From assembly GCA_965202585.1 (NCBI GenBank), contig OZ241831.1, positions 28,582,001-28,646,000 of the forward strand: 64,000 nt of DNA, read 5' to 3'. Both the position numbers and the translations under genes were made by a program. Within the stretch, counting starts at the first letter, position 1; each line of letters begins with the position of its first letter. The notes beneath the pieces are model-generated. The model made no database searches and was not told the DNA's origin. It was given only the letters and a program-made list of their open reading frames with translations. The stretch comes from Thalia democratica. Taxonomy: Eukaryota. Positions 36,444-49,260 of this stretch are shown here, one piece after another.

Positions 36444-39400
36444 CATGGTTTCCCAAAGTGGGCGATATCGCCCCCCTGGGGGCGATAATTAGTAAGGGGG
36501 CGAAAGGGTGGGCGATAACTATTAAGGAGGCGAAAAGGGGGCGATTTTTAATTTTTGGGCTGTCATAAAATTTTTATTTAATATCTTGCTATTTTATTAA
36601 ATTTAGCTTACTATTAAATTTTTGACCCTGAGGTAAAACTTAAACGAAAAAAGTTTATTTAGTTTATGTAAAATATAGAGAAAAAAATCAAGTAATTATG
36701 ACTCCTACTTCGCACTATGTTCACAATAAATTACATATTTTCATTCATATATTTTCTTATTTGATAATTACATAGATCATAGACGATCGGAAACCCTCTC
36801 GACATTTTATAACCTGAAATATATGTTATTTGGGATCATAAATGGTTTGTAAAAATCTAGATTATATTTATTATTTATCACCTCATGATATTTCTAATTA
36901 TTTTTCGAAAAGTCACTAAGTAAGACTAAGAAATAAAACTATACAGGGTTGCCAATTTGTCTAGAAACCTGGAAAAACCTGGATTTTGACAATTTAAGCA
37001 AAAACAACCTAAAAAATCGAGAATTTTTAAGAATTTCAACATACTAAGTAGTAAAATTTCGATTTGACACAAAAAAACTATCATATAGATAAAAATATAA
37101 ATCCCTTCGAGGCAGATCTTTTCGAAGTAAACGACGTACAGGAAACTTTCTTAGACTTACAAATTGACCGTGAACTTAAAATAAATTTTTCCAGAGAACG
37201 ATATGAAAGTTTTTAGACTCAACAAAACCTAAGGCAAAAGTGTCCAATCATTTGAGAGGAATTTAGATTGTTGTTTATAGTTTTTCCTTCTAGCTATGTT
37301 GTTGAGAAAGCTTTCAGTTCAGTTATCAACATATTAAGCAAAAGATCTAATCTAGATATTTGTAAAAAAGGCGTTAATTTACTGATTAAGAATCAGATTA
37401 GAAAAACTTGCAAGCAATCATGAACCTCATCCTTCACATTATATTAGACTTCAGTAGCAGACATTATTTTATGAAAGTTTTTATATTTTATTTGATCTTT
37501 TAAAATACTTGTTATTTAACCTGGTTTGTATTGTATTTAAGTATTATTTTTATAATAAAACTTTATTAAGTTATTTATTCTACAACAGGTTTGCATAATG
37601 CCTAATAAACATTAATTACGGTAGACTTCCTCTTTAGTTCGCACTTTTTACCCAAAAAACAGTGCAAATTTATATTTTCTATAATTTAACTTAAATAAAG
37701 TCTATTACTAACTAAGTATGAATAAAACATAAAACACATTTAATATCTATATAGATCTATTTTATTAATGAATGTTAGTTTTATGTTTTAGTTGATTTCA
37801 TGTTTATTCCTAACGTTATTGCATATAACATATTTAAATTTATCATTTTGTAAAAAGAGATGGTAGTAATTATAGAGTTTGCTCTTTTTGATTTTGTTCA
37901 AGGTGCGAACTCAAGCGGAAGTCTACTGTAATTATTAATTGGTTTATGTTCTTTTAAATCTGTTAATAGTATTATTTTGACCTGGTTAATTTTTTAGTTT
38001 ATATTTGTTGTTTACATTACACTAAAAGTTTTTATAGCATAGTGATTAAAGTATTTGTTTAAAAGAAGTTTATTTGACATATTTTTGTTATTACTTGTTT
38101 AAGCTGTACAAATAAAAAAATCTTGATAACCATTAATGTTTTTATTTCAAAAATTTTTATTTGGTTTTAAAAGAGTACAAATTTGAAGTCTCTATTTAAA
38201 ATGACATCAAATTTTTAATTTAAAAGATTCTTAAACCTAATTTTATTTTTTAACTTGATTTGTTATTATTATTTATATATTAAGGAACTTTAAACTGTTA
38301 ATACAACTGTTTTTTTTTGTTTTATCTTAATGTTTTATACATTAGCAACTAGAATAGGTTGTTTATTTTAATAGTTCAACTTTAGCTTTTAGTTTTTTAC
38401 TATTTTCTTCTAAAAAAATTTAAAGATTATTAAATAAGCCATCAAAAAGACTAATACATTTTCAAAACAAAATTTTAAGCTCACTAAAATAAATTTTCAA
38501 TCGATTACTTTCTGTTCATAGAATAAACTGTTAAATTTTTGATTTTTTTTGAATTTTAATTAAGAAAAAAGATAATGATAAAATCAAGGTTTAGTTATAT
38601 AAAGGTTGTTCCAAGTCAAACACTATTTAATGGTATTCTACTACAAAACATATAGTTTAAAAAGTTTAATATTAAGTTTTTTACATGACAACTAACTTGC
38701 TTATAATATATCTTAGTATTGAAAATAATAATTTTACTGCATTAACTGAAGCTGTTGATGAAACCACTTTTCATGTGAGATAATCAACCAGTCGTTCAAA
38801 CTTCCTCAAACTAGATCAGAAATTATGTTTTAATATTTATTTTATTATGTGTAAAAAAAACTGTTTATTCTTTTATAGTTTTTAATCTCTGGTATAGTAA
38901 TTTTAGAATATGCCTATCTATAAAAATAATTCAAATATTTTTTGCGGCTTAAATAAGTTACTTAGTATTAACTTCTAAAAGTCTAAAAATCGTTATATGA
39001 GAGATCATTATAATGTCAGATTTCAGTTAAGATTTTAGATGGGTAACGTACGTTTAAGATCCAGCCAAACTTCGACCCGCTAAGTAACTTGAAAACTACT
39101 TGTGCAAAATAAACAAAATTTAGTCTTTTGATACTTAATATTTTGAAATACACTTTCAATTTGGTTTTCAGTTCACAATAGTGTTTCCTAGATCACAATA
39201 ATACTAAATAATTCTATTACGACTTTGCTCGAGTTTTTTAATTTTCATATATGTTAATTTTTTAAAATATGCAGCCTGCAATTACATTTTTTAACGAGTT
39301 GAAACTATAAAAGGTTTTTTAGTAAATATGAATTGCTGACTACAAAAGTTGTCCACCACTACCCTAAAAGTTTCATTAATTTCAAACAATTCATATCTAA

Positions 39401-39693
39401 ACAGGATTTATTACAGATTACAAAAGGCCTTTTAATAATTAAGTATTTTAATACTTTTTACTGGGCTTATAAGAAAACAAATGTACTTATTTTCTCAAGC
39501 CCTGTAACCTACTTTTGACACAGCCCAAAAGTGCGTGCATAAGAAGTACCAGATTAAATTATATTTCGAACACAACTTTTTCGGCTCAAAAGTTTGTACT
39601 CAAGAGAAAAAATACTTTGTAAAATCGTGGGGGCGATTATTTTCTAAATTTCTGAAAAAGGGGCGATTTTGAAAATGAGTTTGGGAAACCCTG
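36444..39693 (+). mobile_element. Internally deleted hAT transposon (Buster/Charlie-like), 3250 bp
   Basis: TIRs catggtttcccaaa / tttgggaaaccctg (13/14 match) and an exact 8-bp TSD tcttagac (36436-36443, 39694-39701) with central TA. A transposase C-terminal relic lies at ~37100-37440 (FPSSYVVEKAFSSV...KRSNLDI...HEPHPSH). GGGCGA repeats occur subterminally. Confidence 0.92.
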
Positions 39694-40040
39694 TCTTAGA
39701 CATTGTCAGCTTAATGTGAGATTTTACTCTCCACGCTCGTTTTATCAGTTTTAGCCAGTGTTTATTTCGGCCATCATCAACAAAGTTGAGATGTTTTATG
39801 CCATCGATAATAAACAATGAACTTTACCGCAAGATCAACAACAACAGCATCCGAGACAACCCTACGACCGGTTTCGTCCTAATTTCGACCTTAATCTCAC
39901 ATTAAGCTGACAATGTCTAAGACGTTGGGCTGTGAAGATTTTCCTGCGTCAATTTTTCGGACTTTACCCACAAACGGTCGCTTTAGTACTTCGTATTTAA
40001 GCCCGCTTGATTAGATTACAGCAACGGTTTCTCGCGACTA

Positions 40041-40086
40041 TTCCTGCCTCATGAGTCCTAATTAGGACGAAACCGGTCGTAGGATT
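40041..40086 (+). ncRNA. Hammerhead ribozyme copy with a G5>C core mutation (CUCAUGA), predicted inactive
   Basis: ttcctgc-CTCATGA-gtcc-taatta-ggac-gaaac-cg-gtc-gtagga. Same architecture as 36273-36318 with a better stem I, but C at 40050 replaces the conserved G5. Confidence 0.75.
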
Positions 40087-41487
40087 TTCTCGGATGCTGT
40101 TGTTGTTTATCGTGCGGTTAATTTCATTGTTTATTATAACTTAATTTGAAACGATCAGGACAATTTTTTACATGTTTTGCTGTACTGTTTTATACAACAT
40201 AATTTCTGATAGTAGTTGGTTTTTATCAAAAAATTGTTTTCCATTTTTAGTATGCAGATTCCAGTTTGCCAATTATTTAAACTAAAATATTATTTTTTAC
40301 TTTAACAAAAAACAGTTGCATTTTATTATCTGGTGTTTACTCAATGCTTATTATAGTCATGTTTGCATATTATACTCATAGTAAAGTCATAACATATATG
40401 ACTAATCAAAACACTACTTGGTATAAGCACTAGTGTACACAAGTATTATTACATTTCGTTTGTTATTTTTTGCTCCGGTTGCAGAGAATGTTTTTTATAA
40501 AATTTAAGTCAAAGCTTTTTATAATTATACATACTTAAAAATAAAGCAGTAACAAGAGTCAGTATTTTATGTTGACAGTATTGTTAAAACAAGTGTAGAC
40601 AAACTACATAATATTTTTTATGCAAATAGTTATTATAGTTTATTTAACGACAAAAAAGATAATCAAAGTATTTAGTCCCAGAACCTGGCGCACGAAGAAC
40701 CTTTTGGTAATCGAGTCGCACACCACAGACTCCTTTTAATGTCATTTCCAAGACAATATCGTTTAAATATCGTATAAATAGTTTTATTTTACTGTTTATA
40801 GTTTTTTTAATACTTACTTGCTGATGAACTTAAACAAGCTTCTTTTTGTTCATAATTCGCAAAAAAATAAAAAATTAAATTTGAGTATAGCACATTGTTG
40901 GTTACACAACAACTAAATTCGGACAATTTAAACTCTTAAAATTATTTTTCAGAGACTACATCTAAAAAACTAGTATATATTTGAAAAAAAAAACAAGCTC
41001 TTGTAGGTCTAATTAATAAGATTTTGATATTAAAACAATTTGAAAAAATATATATTAATATAAAATTTTCAAAATCAAAAAAAGTTACTGTATTTTAAAT
41101 TTAATTTTAGCCATATATCAAAAAACAGTTTAAATTTTTAGAAAATAACAAATGTGGACATAGATCTAATTTTTAAGATCATGATGATAGAACGCATTTG
41201 TTGTTTAACTTTTATTACCGAGATGTAAATAAAAAAAAAATTATAAAAACTTGAATTGTCGGAACTTGAAGTGTCTGAGTTTTAATAGTCGTGCACCTTT
41301 ATAGTTGTTATATTAATCTGATCGTTAAAATATAATGCTTTTTATTATCATAAACATTATCATAAACACAACAACCTAGTATAAGACAAGATACAAAAAT
41401 TTATAGCTAACGTAGGCGGAATAATAGATTAAAGCTGTGCTACTTAAGTTTATTGAAACTAACTTGTAGGTAGTGTATAGTATACAC

Positions 41488-42033
41488 CTGGGGTGTCGCG
41501 TGGGGTGTTACACTGCCGCAATTGCACCACCTTAAAATTTTGTAAGAAAAAATTAAGTATCTATAACGTTTTCGTTATCTTTTAGAACAAGATCTCTTAT
41601 AAAACTCAAAATTAAAAAACCGCCATTTTTGCTTACTTCACTGCCGCAAACTCTTAGCTGACTGCCGCAAATGAACTCAAAAAACAAAATTTCTTCAAGA
41701 ATTACAGCAAAATCAATATCTTGCGGTAAGTAAGCTAAGTTGAAAACTTCCTAAAACAGCACAGGCATAAGTATCATTCCAAAAGCTATTGTAAACAAAA
41801 AATGAAAACAAAGCTAAGCAGAGCAGAGGTAACTCAAGTTGAAGCAACACAAACAAAGGTGATTCGAGCAGAGGCAACTGAAGCAGAAGCAACTCGAGCA
41901 GAAGTAACTTGAGCAGAAGCAACTCGAGCAGAAGCAACTCGAGCAGAGGCAGCTCAAGTAAGGGCAAATCAAGCACCGGCAACTCGATTTTTTTTTCTGC
42001 ACCACCTTGGAAAAATACCACGCGACGCCACTG
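41488..42033. mobile_element. hAT-like MITE (CAGTGGCGTCGCGTGG-type TIR) containing a 15-bp minisatellite (gagcagaagcaactc)n at ~41820-41990
   Basis: Imperfect TIRs; flanks gtatacac / gtatactt (6/8). Related ends occur at 23667-23890 and ~62725. Confidence 0.65.
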
Positions 42034-42125
42034 GTATACTTTGTATACTAATTATTTATTTTATCAAAGTTTCTAAACTACAGAATTGTTTTACCTATGT
42101 TTAAGAAAAATCCAAGCATCTAAAA

Positions 42126-42865
42126 CAGGGGTGGGCAACGTACTGCCCGCGGGCCGGATCCAGCCCGCAGAGTGAAAATGACCGGCCCCTGACCGTTTTT
42201 TTAATTTTAATAAGATTCGGCCCGGAAATAAAAATGACCTGCCCGCGAGCAAATTGACAGGTCCACAAAGGGTCAATATTATAAAAATTTTATAAAACTT
42301 TGTATCATATTTTACAAAACAAAACTGTAAGAACTTGAATTTTAAAACATGCTAAAAAATGACTTTATAATTTAATGTGTACTAATAAATACACCATTTT
42401 GTCCTAAAATTTTGTGTTGTTCTAACTTAGTTGGAATATCTTTTTGTCACATTACCTCAAGCAAAGTATTTTTTTAAGTACGATGTTCTATATACGTACC
42501 TTTGTCAATTACAATGTCAATTATATTTATAGTTATTACTTGAACATGTGACATGTCTCAATCTACATCTTAAGCTGACAGACTTAAAAAAGTTTTGTGA
42601 ATTTAAAGGACTCAAAAAAGTGATCAACTGTATCTGTAAAATTAGATTCCGACCGGATCCAAAACTTTTGTTTAAACTAGAATCCGACCGAATCCGGATC
42701 TCGATTTAAAATTAGTATCTAGTCGGATTCGGATCTAAAAAGTCATTAATCGGCTAGATCCAGATACCGGATCTGGTAAATAACTAGTTCGAGGTGCTCC
42801 GGCCGGCTAATGACTAATTTTTTTCCGGATCCGGCCCGTTTATTGAAAAACGTTGCCCAGCCCTA
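42126..42865. mobile_element. hAT (Buster/Charlie-like) MITE
   Basis: TIR caggggtgggcaac / gttgcccagcccta, with an exact 8-bp TSD atctaaaa (42118-42125, 42866-42873). Confidence 0.88.
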
Positions 42866-42946
42866 ATCTAAAAGCTGGTAATTAAAAAATATTATTCAGC
42901 TAGTATTTTGTTTTTACCTAATTCTTAAAGAAAAAAAGTTCATAAC

Positions 42947-45900
42947 ATGTCTGAAAGAAGAGTAATTCAAATAAATGTGCCAAAGTTGGGTGAATCTTGG
43001 TCTCTTGTAACACTTTCAAGTCGTAAAATAAAACAATGCTTTACAGAAGTACTTCATAGGGGACGTAATCTTTTAGAAGCGGCGTCTATTTGTAAGAAAA
43101 TAGCTTGTATTTAAATTTTTAGTAAAATTAAAATATATTGCTAATTAAATATTAATATAATTTAAATTATTATAATTTCGACTGATCAATATGTTATTTT
43201 TGAGTTGTTTATATTTTAAACGTATGATTTTTATCAAAAAAAAAAAACTGAATTAACTGTATATTTCAAAACTAAAATGTGTAACTGTATGTTACAAAGT
43301 TGTAAGTTTGTGCTTTTGCCTGTAAGAATATTTTTTTAAATTATAAAACTCCTAAATCCTTTTAAAATTGTCTTGTTTTGTATACAGCAAACAAATGTAA
43401 AAAAAATAAAATAAATAATCTGTAACACTTCAGCAGTGTTTTTCTCAGTCGAAAGCAGTGTTTTTCTTTCTTTTCTCTCAAACTATTCAAACCACTTAAA
43501 TTCAGTAACGCGCTTGTTTTGGGAGTTAGTGTTTAACGTCTTAGCTGATAACACGTTTACTGCTTGCAAGTGTTGTGTTCGCATCGTACTTTTGTACGAT
43601 GGCGACTGTTTTTTATATGAACTTTTGAATTAAAGTAGCTTATTTTGTGTCTTTCAGTCAGCAGTTGTTGTATTTTTATTGCAGTTTTTATACATTGTAA
43701 ATATACCTTTGTTTCTAAGACTCGATTTATTTATATACAATTAGTTTAAGCATTCTAACCATCTTACAAAATCATTTAGGCTAAGCTTAATGATAGTCTA
43801 AGGTTATTCGCACTGCATTTATCGATTTAGCTAAACAATTTAGCTAAGTCAATTCTAAACATTTAAGTAACCGTCACCGATATTGTTATAACGCGTTAAG
43901 TCAGTTAATATCCGGGTTCGCGTAACTAAGTAACAACTTTACATCGGTAGATCGGCAAAAATCAACCTATATATTTTACATATTAAAACTGATGTATTTT
44001 CAGTACAAGCATTTGAAGAAATAGTTGCAATTTCCTCTGACAAACAGCTTGACGTTGAAAAGACATTAGACGACTACAACATACAGAACAAAGCCGTGAT
44101 TTTTATTTGGCAAAAAAGCGAAGTAGCTTCAAAACATGTCTTTATCGAGGAAAGTTCTGGTGACAGATTTTTTGCTTTTGAATTTGACGATTCCCACACG
44201 ATTGGTGACATCAAAAAAATGGTTGAAGACAAAACTGGTTTGTAGTAGCACATTTGTCTACGAATTTGATTCATAGTTTAAATCTACTAACGATAATTAT
44301 ATTTGTTTTCTTTTACATTTTCATAAACATTTTTTTCATTATGAATTAAAGTGCGTTTTACTTACAAATGTGTCACCAAATGTGTACCTAAACCTCCCAT
44401 AAGTAACTTTGTACTGTTTTGATAGTATAACTAACCGAATTATTTTTTCAAGGTTTCACAAGTGAAAGTATTGTACTAAAAATCAACGGTTCAGTGCTGG
44501 ACGATGACAGAAAGAAACTGTCCGGTTTGCAGCGCGACTACCACCCGAGCTCGACCGTCCAGTTCAGTTTGAAGCAGCAATCGATAAAAGTCGAATGCTC
44601 GCTCGAATGGCTGAGAAACGGAAGGGAAATGAATGTTCAGCGAACCGACAAAATTATTGACGTCATCAGGTCTACTTGCGGGTATTTTCCCGAAACTGGA
44701 GGTGAGGGTATTTTTTAAAATCAATTTACATTAAACAAGCATTTTTTAAATTAAATTTTGAATGATGAAGCTTATAAAATATTTTTTTAATGATTTTAAT
44801 ACAGTATGGCTTAAAGTTATATTTTAAGGAGCTTTTGTTTGTACGGTTTTCGGTATTTTTTGTAATGTTCATAACGTAAAAACGGGGTTTTAATAAAAAG
44901 TAAGAAGAGTTTGACCATTTGTATGTTTTATTAAAAAATTAAAAATTAAATACTCCGATTTAATTCCACGTCTACGTTTTAAAATAAAACCGTACATAAA
45001 AAAAACTTTTATAAAGTTTTCCATACGTTAATAGGCTGCTTATTATAATACTAGACTACTAGACTATTAGTTTCATCGATGTTTCAGATTTAGCATCGAA
45101 CGACGAGTTTGTGGCGACGCTCGATGACGTCAAGCTTGAGCCGGAAGCGACGCTCGCCGATTATGACGTCACTGACGGATCTCGGATTTCCGTGTGGTCG
45201 CGACGCCGGGGAGCGAGCAAAATATTTGCGCAGCAGTTTCGGGGTGACAAGCTTTTTGTGCTGGAAGTTCCAGTCGAGGTTCCTGTGGGTGTGGTCCAAG
45301 AAATTGTTGCGGATAAGCTCAGTCAGTTTATGAGCGGAATGTTTTAGTTTTAACAGTTTCTTGAAAAACAGCTAATTTAATCTTATTGTATCATTGAGAC
45401 TGTATGCAAAGAGTCAGTAAATTCAATATTGTTTATTAAAATTATCAAGAAAATTTTTGACAAGTAAATTATTGTTTGTTAAACGACAAAACAAGCGCTC
45501 AAAAAGTTTGGTGCAATAACCTGGTGTACAAAAAAACCTTTCGGTTATCGAGTCATACACCACGGATAAAGTTTACTGTCTTGTCCAGGAAAACTATAGC
45601 TACTAGTACGATTTAAAAGACAAAGAAAGAGATTAAATAAATATAGGGTAAAAGTTTTATAGTTTCTTTAAATTTAAAAACGTTTAAAGGGCAAACTATA
45701 AAGTGTTTTAAGTCAACATGTGTCAACTCTTTATGGTTTTTGTTAAACATATTGATGTGGAATGAGAAAATTGTAGTAATCTACACTGCAAATAAAGTTT
45801 TTAGCTCACAAGTTTACAATTCATATAAACTATCTTTGACACTAAATATGTTTAAAAGTATACAAATACTGTACAAAATTTTTTAAAAATAACATTTTTT

Positions 45901-46246
45901 TCTTTTAAGTACAACTACATTACGCTACGAATTTGGCTTTTCGTTTTCAATAGCCAAAAGCTTAGAAAAACTCATTCACTCGATAGCTTTGATAAAAAAA
46001 AACGTTTTTCACGTATTTCACAAGTTTTTGTGCTCAAACCATGCTTTAAACTATGTTTCAACAGGTACGCGCCCGGAACACATTGCTTTGGAGTTCAACG
46101 GAGCTTTCTTGTCGGCTGCATCTCTGGCTGAGGCAGGAGTGAGTGACGGCAGCACCGTGGTCTTTCACCAGCGCCTCGCCATGGAAACAGAAGTCATTCG
46201 ACCGGAACCGGATTTCGGTCAACTCGGTTTCGACAAGCAATTTTAA
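42947..46246 (+). CDS. 338-aa protein of four tandem divergent ubiquitin-like domains. Exons 42947-43064, 44004-44237, 44453-44701, 45088-45321, 46065-46246
   Basis: The exons join in phase (all introns phase 1, GT-AG) and total 1017 nt. Ubiquitin-fold motifs include KQLDVEKTLDDYNIQNKAVIFI (cf. ubiquitin [22 protein letters not shown]), SHTIGDIKKMVEDKTG, KLEPEATLADYDVTDGSRISV and SLAEAGVSDGSTVVFH. There is no C-terminal di-glycine. The exon 1 donor is the least certain junction. Confidence 0.8.
43430..43970. repeat. ~500-bp interspersed repeat; a direct copy at ~48130-48630 interrupts a Penelope endonuclease ORF
   Basis: Shared blocks include ggcgactgttt, tatacaattagtttaagcattctaac and tagctaagtc...ttctaaacatttaagtaac. 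The first copy lies in intron 1 of the UBL gene. Confidence 0.7.
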
Positions 46247-47789
46247 CTTGTTAAACCTTCTGCTCGAGTTCGCTCTTTCTGTTGAGTACGCGCGTTTGGC
46301 TTGTGTTCAAAGTGCGCACTTTGGCAGTAGATTGCTACAAACTACTTGTTGTTTTTAAATATAATGTCGTTGTAATACAATAAAGTTTAAAACTAATTAG
46401 AACAAATTGCTTTAAAATTTTCTAAATAGAAATGTAAAAATCTCAATCTTTAGTCTAAGAAGTTAAATAAAATTTTTTGATTAAATGGTTATAAACCTTC
46501 AAGTATATATTAATTTCTTTAAAAAATATTTGCTTTGTTTTTTTAAAGGTACTTTGTAATTAAACATTTAAAAACTGCAAATAAAACAAATTTTTATATA
46601 TTAATAAACTATGTATAAAAAATAAAGAAACAACTTATTAATATATGGAAATTTGTTTTGTTTACATTTTTTTAAAGTTCAATTACAAATTATCCCATAA
46701 AATTATGTTTAGTTATGTATATATGTTTTTGAAATACTTATAGCTTGCTATATTTCCTACCTTGCTTGGCTAAATGACAATTCAAGTTCTTTACAATTAA
46801 ACTAAGAAGTTTAAGAGGCAATACCTCTGGCCAAATCATAAAAAATATTTTTAAAGTAAATATTAAAGAGACATCTTTTCATCTTGGTACTAAAATAGTT
46901 TGTTCAGTTTTCATCTACAAACCTTGCTTAAATAAACTTTGGCGTACATAAACAAAAAAAGTTAAATTTTAAAACTTTAGATAGTTTTAGCTCAATTGTG
47001 GTCTATCATTAAGAATTTTTTTGCTATAAACCGTTGAAAATACTTTAAAGCCTACAAAGAAATTATTCTCATACAAATTATATTAAATAATGATTTATTA
47101 AACATTTAAAACTAGCATAACATTAATTTTAATAAATTTACCAAGTAATGAATTAAAGTTTACTGGTTGCTAAAAAATTTAAAATTTGATAGTTAAAGTA
47201 AAAAAAAATCTGGAGTTTGGTACAACAATCTTGAATTTTAAACATTTTTTATGTACAATGATGAAATCCTGATTAGGTACAAAACATCTATTGTAAACAA
47301 TAACTTTTTTTTATTTAGAAGTTTTTTAATTACATTTAAAATACCATTACAGTACTTTTAAACTATTTAAGACAGTTTTTTACCAAAGTATTCATTTTAT
47401 TCTAAAAATGTACAAAAAAGAAACTGTTCTTTTAACAACTTGTAAGAAATATTAAAACACCTGGACATACTTTTCTTAACTACTGGCAAAATGAAGTTAA
47501 CAAACTTAAATAATTAATTAAAAACCTCTTTTTATGGGACATAACTTTGTGCATTTTTAAACTGATGTTATTATTTAAAAAAAATTGAAGGACTAATAAA
47601 GTAACAGAATTATATTATGAAAAAATCTTTTCAGATGAAAGCTAGTTTAATTTTGAGTTTGTAACAACAGTAGCTGAAAACAGTTTGCTGAAATTAAATA
47701 AATTTTTAGTACTACAAACCTTAAACAAAAATTAAGACACAATTAATTCAAAAATAATTTTGTTGAGAAAACAATTAAGTTATATCTCA

Positions 47790-49260
47790 GCTCACCCTTA
47801 TCAACTACTTCTGTTAGCAACTAATTTTGAAATTAAAGTTTAAGTAAACAGTTTTAGGTTTCGTCAGATAATACTCAATTATTAAGTTAAGCAAAATTAA
47901 TTAGAGTAAGAATATCAGTTTATAATGACATAGTTTTAAATGAATTAATAATTTCACTAAGATAAGCATACGTAGAAAAATTAGATAAAATTAAAGCAAT
48001 AAATAAAACAAAATAAGCGACATACTAGACAAAACACTTATAACGACTTATAAACATTAGATTTATAAACACACTGTTGCTTGCATAACTTAAGTTTTAA
48101 CGTTTTTACAAGTAAAAATTATATGTTACAGCTAGCACTGTTCTTTTCTTCCTTTTCTCTGAAAATCGAAAATGCTTAAGTTCAGTAAAGCGCTAGTTTT
48201 TTTGCCAGTTAGTTTTTAGCTTTGTATTAATATCATATCGTGCTTAAAAAGTTGTGTTAGCCTCGTACTTCTCGTACGAAGGCGACTGTTTGTTGTATGA
48301 ACCTCTGAATTGAAGTAGTTATTTGTATAGTTTGCTATGTTTTGTTAATGTGTTTATCGCAGGTTATATTCATCATAATACAGCTTTTATTTCTACAACT
48401 CGATTTCTTATATACAATTAGTTTAAGCATTCTAACAATATAACTATTTAATTAGGCTAAGCATTAAAATATAGTCTAAGTTTAATTCGCAATTCATTAA
48501 GTCGACTTAGCTAAATAACTTAGCTAAGTCATTTCTAAACATTTAAGTAACATCACCGATATATTTATAACGCACTAGGAGTCAGATAATAACCAGCTTC
48601 GCGTAATATAAGTAATAACTTTCCGTCGGTCGATAGTTAAATATAAAACGCTTAGATTATAAGTTTTATGTGCTTTACTTGAAATTTTAAAATGATTATC
48701 AATATAGTGCTTTATACAATCAAAACACTTTATTAAGTGCTCAGCAATTGCCGACGACCTACTGGATGGTTTATTTAAACCCGTGTCCACCCAACTTCTA
48801 AGGGTTTTTGAAATATGTTGGTCTCTTCTAATATAAAATCTCTGGGAAGTTCTGCCGTTATACACACTATGACAGTGGCATTTGAACTTATGAATTACTT
48901 TACTTTTTTCTAGGTCGGTAGTGAAATCTTTATATATTCAATTCAAAGATTTTCTAGTAAAATGGCTTATTCTTAGTTGTACAGATCTAAAAGTAGAGTT
49001 CACAATGTTTTTGACATTCTTTTCAAGAGCTATTGCTTCTTTACCTAAATATAGCAGTCTTAGATTTTTTAAGGCACTTTCCTAGTCTTTCCAGTTTAGA
49101 GATTGTATTGTTAATTGTGTTCCTGATGATATGTACGGATAACCTAGAGCTCTTTAAGTAAATACTTTTAATGTTCTCTATTTTTTCATTAAACAATTAC
49201 TTATTATAAATCTTGTGCGCTATAAATACCAAACAGGAAATTAAGTCAACTTTCTGGGAT
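47790..49260 (-). mobile_element. Second copy of the 30800-31590 Penelope family, with an inverted copy of its 3' flank at ~50035-50150
   Basis: YNGRTSQRFYIRRDQH...SAIAEHL; the C-terminus (KLCKQQCVYKSNVYKSL) resumes at ~48040-48110 after the 500-bp insertion. 47790-47900 is the reverse complement of 50035-50150. Confidence 0.75.

Larger units (their letters stand above)
36163..40135. mobile_element. Hammerhead-containing 328-nt repeat (retrozyme or Penelope pseudo-LTR-like): unit 1 at 36163-36443 plus 39702-39749, partial tandem unit ~39750-39884, inverted copy ~39890-40135
   Basis: Direct sequence identity between units. The distance between equivalent hammerhead positions (36280 and 39866) minus the hAT insertion and one TSD copy is 328 nt. 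Confidence 0.8.

Noticed and set aside
41713-42021. Leu-rich pentapeptide-repeat ORF (LELLL)n
   Set aside because: Translation of a 15-bp minisatellite inside a MITE; the opposite frame has a stop and there is no gene context.
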